Positions 12,635 through 24,660 of a DNA stretch of 64,000 bases are shown here, piece by piece. The stretch is from Mobula hypostoma. Its lineage: Eukaryota. The DNA is taken from positions 24,614,001-24,678,000 of the forward strand of contig NC_086108.1 in NCBI RefSeq assembly GCF_963921235.1, written 5' to 3'. The notes under the pieces are model-generated. The model saw nothing but the letters and a program-made list of their open reading frames with translations, was not told the DNA's origin and did no database searches. Position 1 is the first letter of the stretch, and the number at the start of each line of letters is the position of its first letter. Position numbers and translations under genes: made by a program.

Positions 12635-14115
12635 CTTACTTATATTTACTTATACTTTATTGTCGCCAAACAATTGATACTAGAATGTACAATCATCATA
12701 GCAATATTTGATTCTGCGCTTCCCACTCCCTGGAGTACAAATCAATAGTAAATATTAAAAATTTAACTTATAAATCATAAATAGAAAATGGAAAGTAAGG
12801 CAGTGCAAAAAAACCAAGAGCCAGGTCTGCAAATTTGGAGGGTACGGCCCAGATCCGGGTCAGGATCCATTCAGTCTTAATTCAATTTAAAGTGGTTCAT
12901 AGAGCACATATGTCCAAAGATAAGTTAGCGCGTTTTTACTCGCATATTAATCCTTTCTGTGATAGATGTTCGGGGCAGATAGCCTCTTTAACTCATATGT
13001 TTTGGTCTTGCCCTACTTTGGAAACTTTTTGGAGAGATATTTTCAATATTATTTCTAAGGTATTAAATATAGATATCTCTCCTCACCCTATTACTGCTAT
13101 CTTTGGACTACCTAAAATTTCTAGTAATCTTTCCCCTTCAGCCCGTAGAATGATTGCATTTCTTACTTTAATGGCGAAAAGATGTATTTTACAACATTGG
13201 AAAGAGCTTAATGCTCCAACTACCTTTTTTTGGTTTTCTCAGACGATTTTATGTTTGAATCTGGAGAAAATTAGAAGTAACCTTTATGATTCTTCATTTA
13301 AATTTGAACAGATTTGGGGACCTTTTATTCGATATTTTCATTTAATGTAATATTTACCCTTCTTGTTTTTTTTTCACTGTTTTAATGGAGGTCGGGATTG
13401 AGGACGTGATTTTAAGTTTAACTCTGTTTGGTTTCAAGTTAGCCCATTGCTTTGCTTTGCTTTTAGGTAGTTGCACGGTGGGTTTTTTTTTGGGGGTTTT
13501 TTTTTTCTTTTTTTTTTCCATTGATATATATAAAATCTAGTATACTATTATGTTATCTTGGTTTCTTATGCTTAAATTACATTGTTTGTAGTATTTTCTT
13601 TTTGGTATTGTTATCTTTTGGAATTTTATTGTACTTTAACATTGTATTAATGTTTATATGGCTTACCTTTTTTGTATACTTACTCAATAAAAAGATTTAA
13701 AAAGAAAGAAAGGATCCATTCAGTCTTATCACAGTTGGAAAGAAGCTGTTCCCAAATCTGGCTGTACGAGTCTTCAAGCCCCTGAACCTTCTCCTGGAGG
13801 GAAGAGGGACGAAAAGTGTGTTGGCTGGGTGCGTCGTGTCCTTGATTATCTTGGCAGCACTGCTCCGACAGCGTGCAGTGTAAAGTGAGTCCAAGGACAG
13901 AAGATTGGTTTGTGTGATGTGCTGCGCTGTGTTCATGATCTTCTGCAGCTTCTTCTGGTCTTGAACAGGACAACTTCCATACCAGGTTGTGATGCACCAT
14001 CAAAGAATGCTTTCTACGGTGCATCTATAAAAATTAATGAGGGTTTTAGGGGACAGGCCAAGTTTCTTTAGCTTTCTCAGGAAGTAAAGGCGCTGGTGGG
14101 CCTTCCTGGCAGTGT
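12635..14115 (-). mobile_element. Rex1-like LINE 3' part, interrupted by L1 12880-13710
   Basis: AQHITQTNLLSLDSLYTARC...THPANTLFVPLPSRRRFRGLKTRTARFGNSFFP. The 3' UTR continues left of the L1 to a TAAG-repeat tail. Confidence 0.75.
12880..13710 (+). mobile_element. 5'-truncated young L1 (ORF2 C-terminus + 3' UTR)
   Basis: CDRC...LTHMFWSC Cys-rich L1 domain, AATAAA then (AAAG)n tail. 18-bp TSD AGGATCCATTCAGTCTTA at 12862-12879 and 13711-13728. Confidence 0.9.
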
Positions 14116-16237
14116 AAGAATAGTATTCTTCTAGCTTTTCATGTCTAGACTGACTCTTTCTACTTGCTACCAAAGCCAATAGAAGTTACTAGCTTAAACA
14201 ACATCTACAATTGTGACATTACTTGCTTGAAAATTAACTTAGAAATACAGTTAATCAATGCTAAAGAGAAAACTGAAATTGACTTAGATGTCCAGAGATT
14301 CTGCACACACTCTACAAAAGATTTAAAATTTAGCTAGCTGTAACCATATTTACATGGAGCCTTCTCAGGCAAGAGAATGACAAATTAGACCCATCTCATA
14401 TTAAGTGGATATTAGGTGTCTGTGATTTGCTTGAAATACTGCTCCAGGATGTCCATCAATACTATTGAATAGAAACAATGTGGAAAACGGCCAAGCTTAG
14501 AATTAGCATTTGTTCCTTCTTGATTAATGGAGTAATCCACAATTCTTCATCCAGTGGTTCTGTGGGAGCAGAAAGATCCCACTCTACAGTTGTCAATCAA
14601 TAATCTTAGCTCCTGAACATGAAATTTCTCATTTTTTTCAGACAAGTTTGCAATCACTGTGACACCAAATGACAGCTGACATGGTTTAAATTGGATTGAT
14701 ACAGAACTTATTGACCGATTCTGTCTTTCCACAGTTCGAAAGGCTCAATAGTGGTACCTAAGCATCAGGAAGAAATACAATCTGAAATTCTCTCCACAAG
14801 CAAGGGGAATATGCTGAGGATTATTTGACATAGTGACTACAAATATTATATTTCATAAGTAACAAGGTGAAAGTAGGTGGGTCCCTCAGGTACAGATTTG
14901 GACAAAAATGAATATCATATCCCAGCTGCAGAAAATATTTCCTCTGATTGAGTTGCTAAATTAGTCATGCTGGTAATATTAACAATTCAAACTGTCTACT
15001 CATTTTAATTCCTGTTGCACACGTTAGCCTGCTCTGATTTGTTGAACTAATTGGCTAACATCTGTTCTACCTGTTTGTGAATAGTCCACCACAGTTTATG
15101 GAGAACTAGGCTCCAAAATAATTTCAAAATTCTGTTCTACAAAAATGCTGAGATACATAAAGTGGGAGCTTTTAATCTTTTCAATGGCTACAAATATACA
15201 GATAAAAAGACCATTTTCTTAAATTCAAAGATTGAAAAGGTTGAGCAGCACAAGGTAGTCTTTAAATCAAAACCTGGAGATTTCTAAAATACACTTTTTT
15301 TTCAATAATTGTATTATCACCAAGCATGAAGGGTCATTCTTTTAACATACTTAACATTTTTTTAAATTTTTTAACTAAATAACAAACAATTTTACAATGA
15401 AAAACCTGGACAGTTTTTTAAACTTGAATTTCAAAAACAGGACCTTTCTTTGTTTGAGACCAAAAGAGGAAATGATACACTACTTTCAGAGAACACAAAT
15501 AAGATGGAGTTTATTAGGATAAAGGACATTCAAATAACATGTTAATAGCAGGTAACAAAAGACTGAAAAGATATAAAATCATAACTAAGCCATCATTTCA
15601 AGGTCATATATTCTGGGATGTCAAATACCAATAGGACATACGCACTAAATGGTAGAGACCTCAGGTTTGTTGAGCAATAAACAATTGGTGGAGATTAGTG
15701 TCTGCAGTCTTGTGTTGTATAGAGTGACCTTGGGAAGCAAGTTAGTAGCTCTCTGAAAAATGGTGACACGGGTGCAAAAAGGAATTTAGTATACTTGCTT
15801 TCACAGGCAAAGGCATTACTTTTAAGAGTTGGGTCATATTTTGCAGCTGTACAAAACATAGGTCAAGCCACACTATTGTTTACAACTCCGATTGCCGCAT
15901 GACAGGAAGGAGATGGCAGCAGATAAGATTCACCAGGATGTTGTCTGGAATGAAGGACTAGGGATGAGTTGCCAGAGGTAGTGGTAGAGGTGGGTGCAAT
16001 TACAACAATTAAAAGACACTTAAACAGGTACATACACAGGAACATAGTAAAGGAGTATATAGGCCTAATGCAGAAAAATGCGATTACCATAGATAAGCAT
16101 CACAATTAACATGTTTTTTTTTCCGTAATCACCAACTGTTTTCTTGTCAATGAATTGAGCTGAAGTATTTGCTTTTATTTAATTTATATACATAATTCCG
16201 TCATGGTGTGTTATTAATATCATCTATACTACAAAAT

Positions 16238-16981
16238 AGGACATACATGGTAAATGGTAGGGCATTGAAGAATGCAGTAGAACAGAGGGATCTAGGAATA
16301 ATGGTGCATAGTTCCCTGAAGGTGGAATCTCATGTGGATAGGGTGGTGAAGAAAGTTGGTCTTTATAAATCAGAGCATTGAGTATAGGAGTTGGGATGTA
16401 ATGTTGAAATTGTACAAGGCATTGGTGAGGCCAAATTTGGAGTATTGTGCACAGTTTTGGTCACCTAATTATAGGAAAGATGTCAAAAAAATAGAGAGAG
16501 TACAGAGAAGATTTACTAGAATGTTACCTGGGTTTTATCACCCAAGTTACAGAGAAAGGTTGAACAAGTTGGGTCCTTATTCTTTGGAACATAGAAGGTT
16601 GAGGGGGAATTTGATAGAGGTATTTAAAATTATGAGGGGGATAGATAGAGTTGACGTGGATAGGCTTTTTCCATTGCGAGTGGGGGAGATTCAAACAGGA
16701 GGACATGAGTTGAGAGTTAAAGGGCAAAAGTTTAGGGGTGACATGAGGGGGAACTTCTTTACTCAGAGAGTGGTAGCTGTGGGGAGCAAGCTTCCAGCAG
16801 AAATGGTTGAGGCAGGTTCAATGTTGTCATTTAAAGTTAAATTGGACAGCTATATGGACAGGAAACAAATGAAGGGTTATGGGCTAAGTGCAGGTCAGTA
16901 GGACTAGGTGAGAGTAGGAGTTCGGGATGGACTAGAAGGGCCGAGATGGCCTGTTTCCGTGCTGTAATTGTTATATATGTT
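16238..16981 (+). mobile_element. CR1 LINE 3' fragment, relatively young
   Basis: LYKALVRPNLEYCAQFWSP...FFTQRVV open over about 180 aa, with CR1 3' UTR. Confidence 0.88.
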
Positions 16982-18030
16982 AAAATTTCCCACCTTTCTG
17001 GTCTATGGCAATTAAATCCACACAGATTATCCACAATTCATTTGGAACTCTATCTCCATAGAGCATCACACAGTGTTGTCACCTCTAAGGCACGTGGCTC
17101 AGTTTTGCTATCACTGCCTTATGACTGGAGACTTGCATCAAGAAGAGATTACACATTTCTCCAGAGAAATTTAATTGGTTTTCCTTGCATCAACATCCTA
17201 GCATAAATACATTTAACACATGCTACTTCTACAGAACTGGCTTTGCTGGGTACAAGGTCCATTGTGTTCAATCAATACTCTGAACCTGACTCGATTTTTT
17301 TTGTCCGTGACAGGCAATCTGACCCATCCTATAAACTTCTGATCTTCTCTTTCCACTACACTGCTTGCAGAAATGCATTTTGAATCCATATTGCAGCATT
17401 CTTTCCCATAATCAGTAGTAATTTTTGCTTACCATGCTTATAAGTTCCTGAGCTGTCCTTATTCTGACCTTGCCTCATTCTTCCTGTTAGCTATGCCTCA
17501 CTTCAGGACAGGATAGATCCACAGACTGACACACCTGTGGGAACTTTTGAAGAATTATCTCTGCTTTACATAATAGCCATCCCCTCAAGCTGGACTCATA
17601 GCCTCCACAAATAATCTTTGATGAACAAATCCTTTAAATATGCAACAATTGCATTATTAACTTCTGACTTGCGTTTCACTGAGAATGTAACAATGTTCTG
17701 CCTGCACTCCTCAACTCATCAAAAGAACTGGTAACAGTTTCATTTTCTTGAAATGCACTTAATGTGTTTTCTTGCACCTTAAGTTTAATACTATGGTACA
17801 ACTTTCTCCTCTTCTGAGCAAAAAGTTGCAATAAGCCAGTGCAACTTTTGTCCATTATCATTTGAGTTTTATGGCCAGGTTAATATGCAATGTAAACTTC
17901 CTTTCAATTGTCTTCATTATTTGGACAGGTTCCTTGGCTGGAAATTCAGCAGCCTGACAGGGTTTATCTATTCTCTTGTGTACCATCAAGGTGTCTCTTG
18001 GCACATGTCCAAGCAGAGCAGTAGAGCTAC

Positions 18031-18582
18031 TTGGGCTTGATGTTTCAATCCCTATGGTAAGTCAGCACTCTCGATGTTGGCAGTGGGCTTGGAGTGGTGA
18101 CAAAGAGGGAGGGTAGGTACATCATCGGGGTCATCAGGTGGGCACCCTCCTTCTTTGATGTTTCGTTGATAAGCCCACGACATCTTCAGAGGGCTCAACG
18201 GTGCTTCCTGGCGTCCCAGATACACCCCCCTCAGTTCCATACCCTCCTGTCGTCATCTTGCAGCCCAGTTGTTGTCTTTCCTTTTAATCCAAATCCAATT
18301 GCTGCTTTCTTCTGCTGCATTTGACAAGGACTTGATTGCTTGTTGGAGGGAGTGACCCCTCATCCCCATCTTCCTCAATAGACTGGTTGTAGACATAGCA
18401 ACGAATCCCCTGCATCCCACTTCTACAGGGAAAATCTTGGTCTTCCAGCCATTCTGGGCAGCTTCATTTGCCAGTTCAGAGTACTTGGTCTTTTTCCTCT
18501 CATAAGCTTCTTTGACACCATCTTCCCGTGGTACTGTCAATTCCACAACATATGCCATCTTGGCTGTTGTGGACCACAGGAA
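18031..18582 (-). mobile_element. Hero-clade (restriction-like endonuclease) LINE 3' fragment
   Basis: LWSTTAKMAYVVELTVP.EDG..EAYERKKTKY...PVEVGCRGF...AEESSNWIW, followed by a GC-rich 3' UTR. Confidence 0.8.
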
Positions 18583-19224
18583 GTTATGCCCAACATCTGA
18601 TATTCTGAGGTACTTCATCTCAATGTCACAGTTTCATCAACCTGCATTTCTGACCCCACACCCCAGTGTGCTTTCAAACCTCCAACTTACTTAAGAATAA
18701 CTAATAAATTAAACTAAAAAGATATTTTGTTGATGAAGAATTTAGAGCCAAGTTAGCATTTGTACTGCATGTTTACTCCACATATGCAGTCAGATTTCTA
18801 TAAAGTACCACGATAAATAATATTACAGGGGGTGAGAGAGAAAGTGAGAGAGCGCAGTTGGTAATATGATACAACAAATAATACTAACCAATATTACATT
18901 TCATATGTATATAACAAGCTTGTTTTTCCATTCAGTAACATCAAGTTTGGTCCTCAAGAATTTTATAAAAGCTGGTTGAGAAAGTGAGTGGTTAAGAAAA
19001 GAAATAGGATCCTGGGCTGTATAATTAGGAGTACAGAGTATTAGAGCAAGGAAGTCACAACAAACCTTTATAGAATATTGGTTCAGCCATAAGTAGAGTG
19101 AACAAATCCATCTATTTACCATTCAGACATATAGCTTGAAAACAGCCGCTTAAGCGGAGTAAACCATCAAGCATTATTTTACGCTTCTCCATAACTAATC
19201 CAATTTTAAGAAAAAATATATTTT

Positions 19225-19510
19225 TTTTATTTATTTATTGAGGTACAGAGCAGAATAGGCACTTACTGCCCTTCGAGCCACGCCACCTGCAATCAATTCC
19301 CAAATTCCAGCGTTCACTTACTGTACAAATTACAATACTGGGGCAAATTGCAATAGCCAATTATCTTACCAATCTTCATGTCTTTAACATATGGAAGGAA
19401 ACAAACCGCTAGGGGAAACACACATGGCCACAGGGAGAAAGTGTACTCTACACAGAATCAGGATCAAACACGGAGCAGCATGCTTCTATTAGTTGCTCTA
19501 TTATAGCTGC
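19225..19510 (-). mobile_element. SINE (V-SINE-like)
   Basis: Reverse V-domain-like motif (GGAAACACACATGGCCACAGGGAGAA) and AATAAA-repeat tail. Confidence 0.5.
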
Positions 19511-20837
19511 CCTTTCCTAAGTACATTTCTTTCATTCATATTTAAAATCCCAGAGTTTGGGCAGGTAGAGAGAGGCATTTCCTATTGGAATTAGGATTGA
19601 GATTTGGTGAACATAGGCAACAATGGGCAAAAGAGCTAAATGTAACATGAAAAACATTTGTTGATAAAGTAACTTCTCCAGGTCTGGAATACATTGTCAG
19701 AGGTGGCGTTGAAGTCGGATTCAGTTGTATTCTATAAAGCTAGATATGATAAAGTGGTGGTGGAGGCAATATGCCAATAGAAGTGACACTAGTTAAAACT
19801 TCTCCTACATCAACCTTACTCAACAGGTTAAATGGCCTCGTGTTTTTGCTTTATAATGTCTATCCTTCCAAGCTGATTGAGAATCCATGTTTCTGGATTC
19901 TCAAGCCTGAGGATACAGGCTCTCAATGTTTCTACAAGAATAGTTGGAGATTGCCAACTGGATTTTAGCATTAATAAATTTACCTTAACATAAGCAAAAT
20001 TTGGAACATGAATGAGAATGAGAAGGAGAACTTTTATGTGATTAATGGCCACTCATTGAATTCAGTTACATGAAATTCATTGATAATGCTAATCAAATGT
20101 TTGTGCATGTCTTCTAGATATTTGATTAGGTTGAATGAATGTGACATCTCTTAGATTTCACTTAAAAAAAAATCATGGTAATGGTACAGTGGATTCTGAG
20201 ATGAACTTTTCCAGGATTTTTTTCTGGCAGTTTTTGGAATTGTAACTTCCTGCTGTGAGCACTGGTCCAGGCAACTTGTCATTTATTTTAGAGGTCAGGG
20301 CCAGGTGTAGATATATTCCCCTTACCGCAGAATCTTGCCAATTAACTAGTTCCAGAAAACAGAAATTCTCTCTGCACTCTTGGCAACATTGACATTAAAG
20401 TAAATGCACACAGAGTTGTTCAAATTACTACCAACTTTGCCTTGCCAAATAATTTGCTTAATTGTTTGAGAACTGAACTTGCTAACCAAGAACATAGTGG
20501 TGTATATAAAATAAATAAAATTGTGTGTCTCTGTCTTTTCTGTTTCAGTCTCTGGTTTCCAGTCAAAAATAGTGGGATCAGACATGATGGTAAAATAATT
20601 GTGCAGCAGAGATATGTGGTGAATCGACCAGTATCCGGAGGCCTGAGATATTGGTTCAGACACATGTTCAAATCACAAATGGAAGCTGGAGAATTTATAT
20701 TCAATAAAATGATTACATTTGTAATAAAATAAAGCTAGCATCCATAACAATGACAATGGAACAACTTGATTATTGTGAAAACTCATCCTGGCTCAGTAAA
20801 TTCCTTTAAGGATTTAGCACTGCCCTATCCAGCTCAA

Positions 20838-22760
20838 CCTATATCAAATTTGTTGGTGGCACAACAGTGGTTGGCCTCATCAGCAATAATGCTGAGTTGG
20901 CATACAGACGTAGGGTAGAGAGGCTTGCCAAATGATGTGAGAACAACAGCCTAAGTCTCAACTTGGACACGGCAAAAGAGATGATTGTGGACTTCAGGAA
21001 GGCGCAGGTTGACCATGCTCCATTGTACATCAATAGCTCTGCCACGGGAAGTATGAAGAGCACCAAGTTCCGTGGTATGCACATAACAATTTACTCAATC
21101 TGGACCCGCAATACCTCTTAATTAGATAGAAAACAGAGCAGCATCTACACTTTTTGAGGAGATTGACGCATGCAAGGCTCCCCAATCCCATTCTATTAAC
21201 TTTCTACAGGAGCACCATCAAAAGTATCTTGCCTGGCAGCATCATTGTGTAGTACAGAAAATCAAAGGTATTGTACCGCAAGATCCTGCAGAGAATTGTT
21301 AAAAAACAGCTGAGAGGATCACGGCATCCCCTCCAACCTATTTGTGGCATTTACTGGGAGCATTGTTGAGGATCCCTATGTCATTGTCCAGTTCGTGAAG
21401 TCCGTATTCCGGTTCATGGTCCGGTCCATCGACCCTTGCTCCAGGTTTTCCTGTCTATCCTGTTTCTGTTCTTGTTGAGCTCTAATTGAGGCAGCTGATG
21501 CTCGTTGGGGCTGGCTGCATAAATACCTTCAGAGACCAGGGCGTGGCTGCTGGATTGTTCTTGTCCTACTCCTTGTATCCTTTCCTCTGCCTTCTGTTTC
21601 TTCGCCTGAAGCCTTGCCTTGTCTTTCTGGTAACTCTCGCCTCGCCTGAAGTTCTCGTCTTGCCTTGCATTGCCTGAAGCCTTGCCTTGTCTTGCTGGTA
21701 ACTCTCATCTCGTCTCGCCTGCAGTCTTGTCCTGGAGCCACCCTGTACCTAGCTCCCTTCCTGTCCCTTGCCTCCGCCCAGGTAAGCCAGGCCGTCTTAT
21801 CATTACCTGCGGTTGGTTCTGTCCCTTCCTGTCCGTTGCCTCCATTGAGTAAGCCAGGCCGTCTTGCCGTTACCTGCGATTGGCTCTATCCCTTCCTGTC
21901 CCTTGCCTCTGTCGGGTAAGCCAGGCCGTCTTGCCATTACCTGCGGTTGGTTCTGTCCCTTCCTGTCCCTTGCCTCTGTCGGGTGGTGATCCACGCCCTG
22001 CCCAGGAGTACCACGCCCTGCCCAGGAGGAGCCTGCCTAGCCTCAAGCCTGAAGACTCCAGCCTCCTGCCTCCTGCCAAGCCTCACCTCAATTCTCTAGC
22101 CTCTAGCCTCAAGCCTGAAGACTCCAGCCTCCTGCCTAGCCTCAAGCCTGAAGACTCCAGCCTCCTGCCTAGCCTCAAGCCTGAAGACTCCAGCCTCGTC
22201 CTTGCCTTGTTCTGGGATCCGAGCCAGAGGCAAGACCCAGGTAGTGGGTCCTTGTCCAGTCTCTGGCTCAGAGTCCAAGCCCGGGCTCCTAGCTCTTTTG
22301 TCCAGTCCTGTTCCAGGTTCTTGGTTTTCCTGTCCATGTCCTTGCCATCGCCCTGTATCCTAGTCCTGTCCCTAGTACCTCAGTGTCTGTGTTTGCACTT
22401 GGGTCCGTCCAAGCCACTGCCGTATGACACCCTACCATCCATCCCACTCTCTGACCCACTACCGTCAGGAAGTAGATACAGGAATATCAGGACTAGGACT
22501 GCTAGATTAAGTAACAGCTTCTTCCCATAGGCTGTGAGGCTAATGAATACACTGCCACAAGGACACTGTGCTATTTACTGTACTGCTTACCTGAACTGCA
22601 CACTTCATATGCATTTTGAATTTTATATTATTAACTTATTTGTGAACATTTTTCATTATTTGTGTATGATATATCTATGTGGGTGCACTGTGATTTGGAA
22701 AAATGTTGTTTTGTTTGCTTGTATACATGTACAGTCGGAATGCAATAAGCTTGAACTTGA
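20838..22760 (+). mobile_element. Rex1-like LINE 3' fragment, host of the solo LTR
   Basis: KFVGGTTVVGLIS, KEMIVDFRK, FYRSTIKSIL on the left; PLPSGSRYRNIRTRTARLSNSFFP on the right of the LTR. Confidence 0.7.
21379..22429 (+). mobile_element. Solo LTR (Gypsy-type) with internal tandem repeats
   Basis: TGTCAT...ATGACA termini, 5-bp TSD CCCTA (21374-21378 and 22430-22434), TATA-like CATAAATA near 21518, TGCACTTGGGTCC near the 3' end. Interrupts a Rex1-like LINE whose two halves rejoin. Confidence 0.8.
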
Positions 22761-23762
22761 TAAAGAGGTAAGCTCTTTGTTTGGGTGCCCTGGTCTGGAC
22801 ACTTTTAAAAAAAAAACATAGGTTATCAGAAATGCTGTTAAATAAGACATCTACATGTACTAGAGGAAAGAACTTTGTAAATCTATTTCACATGCAGTAA
22901 GATATATTGGTCCACTTGGTTAACTTTATTATGAGATTGGCAGAATCTTGTTAGCCATCAGGTATTAAGGAATATGGGTAAAAGGCAGGAGAAGCAGTTA
23001 GGCCACAGATCAGACACGTGAATAGCAAAACATGAAATGTGCTAAATAGTTTAAGTCAATTCTTACATTGGGGCTGATGGACATTCCGTTACTTAAAGAT
23101 GTCAGTAAATATTCATTCTTTTCAGCCTCAGACGATAATTTAGTGTTCTATCCACACTTTGAATCAATTAATAGAAAGTCGGAAGCAGGCCGCAGTTTGA
23201 AACCCATTGAAGATCTTTAACCCGCTATATGAGGGATAGTATGCACAAACTACAGGTTGGATTCTAATTGCGGTACTCAAGATTTCCAACCTAATTAGGA
23301 TATTCAGAAGATACAGAAGAGCTCTTGGGATGGAACCTTATGATAAACATTGCATGATAAGTAGAGCACTTTGTCGTGTACAGAATAATTGTGTAGCAAA
23401 ACATTTGGCAGAGTAATTTAATCTGACTGTTCTAGCATCTTTGCAAACAAGTGAAGCTGAAGTCTTCCAATTTAGTTACTCATCATAATCCATCAAGTAA
23501 ATGACTGCTTTATAATTCATTGTTGGCCAGTTGATAATCTTAATACAAAACAAAGAACAATAACTCAATAATCAAGAAATGAAATTTTATTTTTTGTTAG
23601 TTTTTTTTACAGCAGACCTTCAGAAATCGTATTTAAGTAGACTCAGGCAATTGAGGGGCTCTATTACTTTTGGTTCTCATTATCAATCATTGTATGTCTG
23701 ACTGAGAAAATGAATGCAGATACATTCGTTTAGCAATATTACATCCACAAATCTCAAGGAAC

Positions 23763-24540
23763 CGTTGGCCAGTAGAAACAACAGTATGCAAGTAGTGGAT
23801 TTGATGAATCAAGGACAGGGGAAGCAGACAAACCAGTTGTCTTTGTTTCCCCCCATTTTGTGGATTCTGAACTGATTCTTCCTCTGGGACAATCCAATCA
23901 GAGCATTTGAATGTGGACATAAGGAGCTTTAGGTAACAACCTGCTGAATCTGAGGCCTCACTTGGAGGAATAGCTGTTTATTACGTAAAGTTCTGGACCT
24001 ACCAAAGAAGCCATCTGTAATCTCATTAGACTCGGTCTGGTTGCCTCATTGAACTGGTTTGGACCAGTCAGAGTTTAAAGACACAAATACACAAGACTGG
24101 GATGGGCAGAGCACAAAACAATGTTGGTTGTAGCCCTGTACAATGACCAGTAAGAAGGTGACCCAGGTAGATCAGGTGACCTTGAATCAACAGGATAGAG
24201 ATCCAACAATTCAATTGATGCGAAATAGCAGGGGTGATAACTCTCCAGTAACCAGAGACCAACCATTGCAGATAAAGTTGACACAGATATGGTTAACTCC
24301 ACGGACATGTAGAGATTGGGACCACAAGGAACACCTGGCCAGCACAGACTCCTTTTCTGGGTAATATGTTTTCTCTTCGTTGACTGCTCATGGAAGGTAA
24401 GGGATTCTAGTAGGGTGCACACAGGTAGTTAGTTTGTGAACCCACCTGTTTTTTAGTTGAAACAATAAAAGTTACTTGTTGGTAAATACAGATTCTCTGT
24501 GCCTCACTGATCATTATTACAAGGGGTGATTCTTTTAACA
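23763..24540 (+). repeat. 5' LTR of provirus
   Basis: Starts CGTTGGCC (TG decayed) and ends TAACA. Homologous to 30449-31212. Contains AATAAA near 24464 and is followed by the PBS. Confidence 0.9.
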
Positions 24541-24544
24541 GAAT

Positions 24545-24562
24545 TGGCGTCCCTGGGTGGGC
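24545..24562 (+). promoter_or_regulatory. Primer binding site complementary to the tRNA-Asn(GUU) 3' end
   Basis: TGGCGTCCCTGGGTGGGC(T), 4 nt after the LTR end, is the reverse complement of the vertebrate tRNA-Asn 3' end ...AGCCCACCCAGGGACGCCA. Confidence 0.88.
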
Positions 24563-24660
24563 TGGAGGATAAATCTCCTTCAGCGGGATATTTGAGTTGG
24601 ATCACGTAGATGAGGTACAGAGAGAGCTGGGGCTGGGTAGTTAACGGTAAATAATCCAGA

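Noticed and set aside
12835..13350. 171-aa ORF as a host gene
   Set aside because: L1 ORF2 C-terminus fused by chance to antisense Rex1 sequence.
15190..15450. Possible hAT-type subterminal AAACCTGGA repeats
   Set aside because: No clear terminal inverted repeats or TSD could be defined.
17640..17920. Possible second Tigger-like transposase fragment (minus strand)
   Set aside because: Too degraded, with no diagnostic catalytic motif.
20310..20345. TTCTGCG|GTAAG resembling the end of the next ASTN1 exon (MFCG)
   Set aside because: In-frame stop a few codons upstream and no match to the expected EQLCLQQ sequence.
21782..22200. CRISPR-like regular repeats
   Set aside because: Head-to-tail tandem units with no unique spacers, inside a eukaryotic LTR, and no cas genes.
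21880..22530. 216-aa ORF with SLKPEDSSLLP repeats
   Set aside because: Arises from the 33-bp tandem repeat in the solo LTR reading into Rex1 sequence; no protein family signal.
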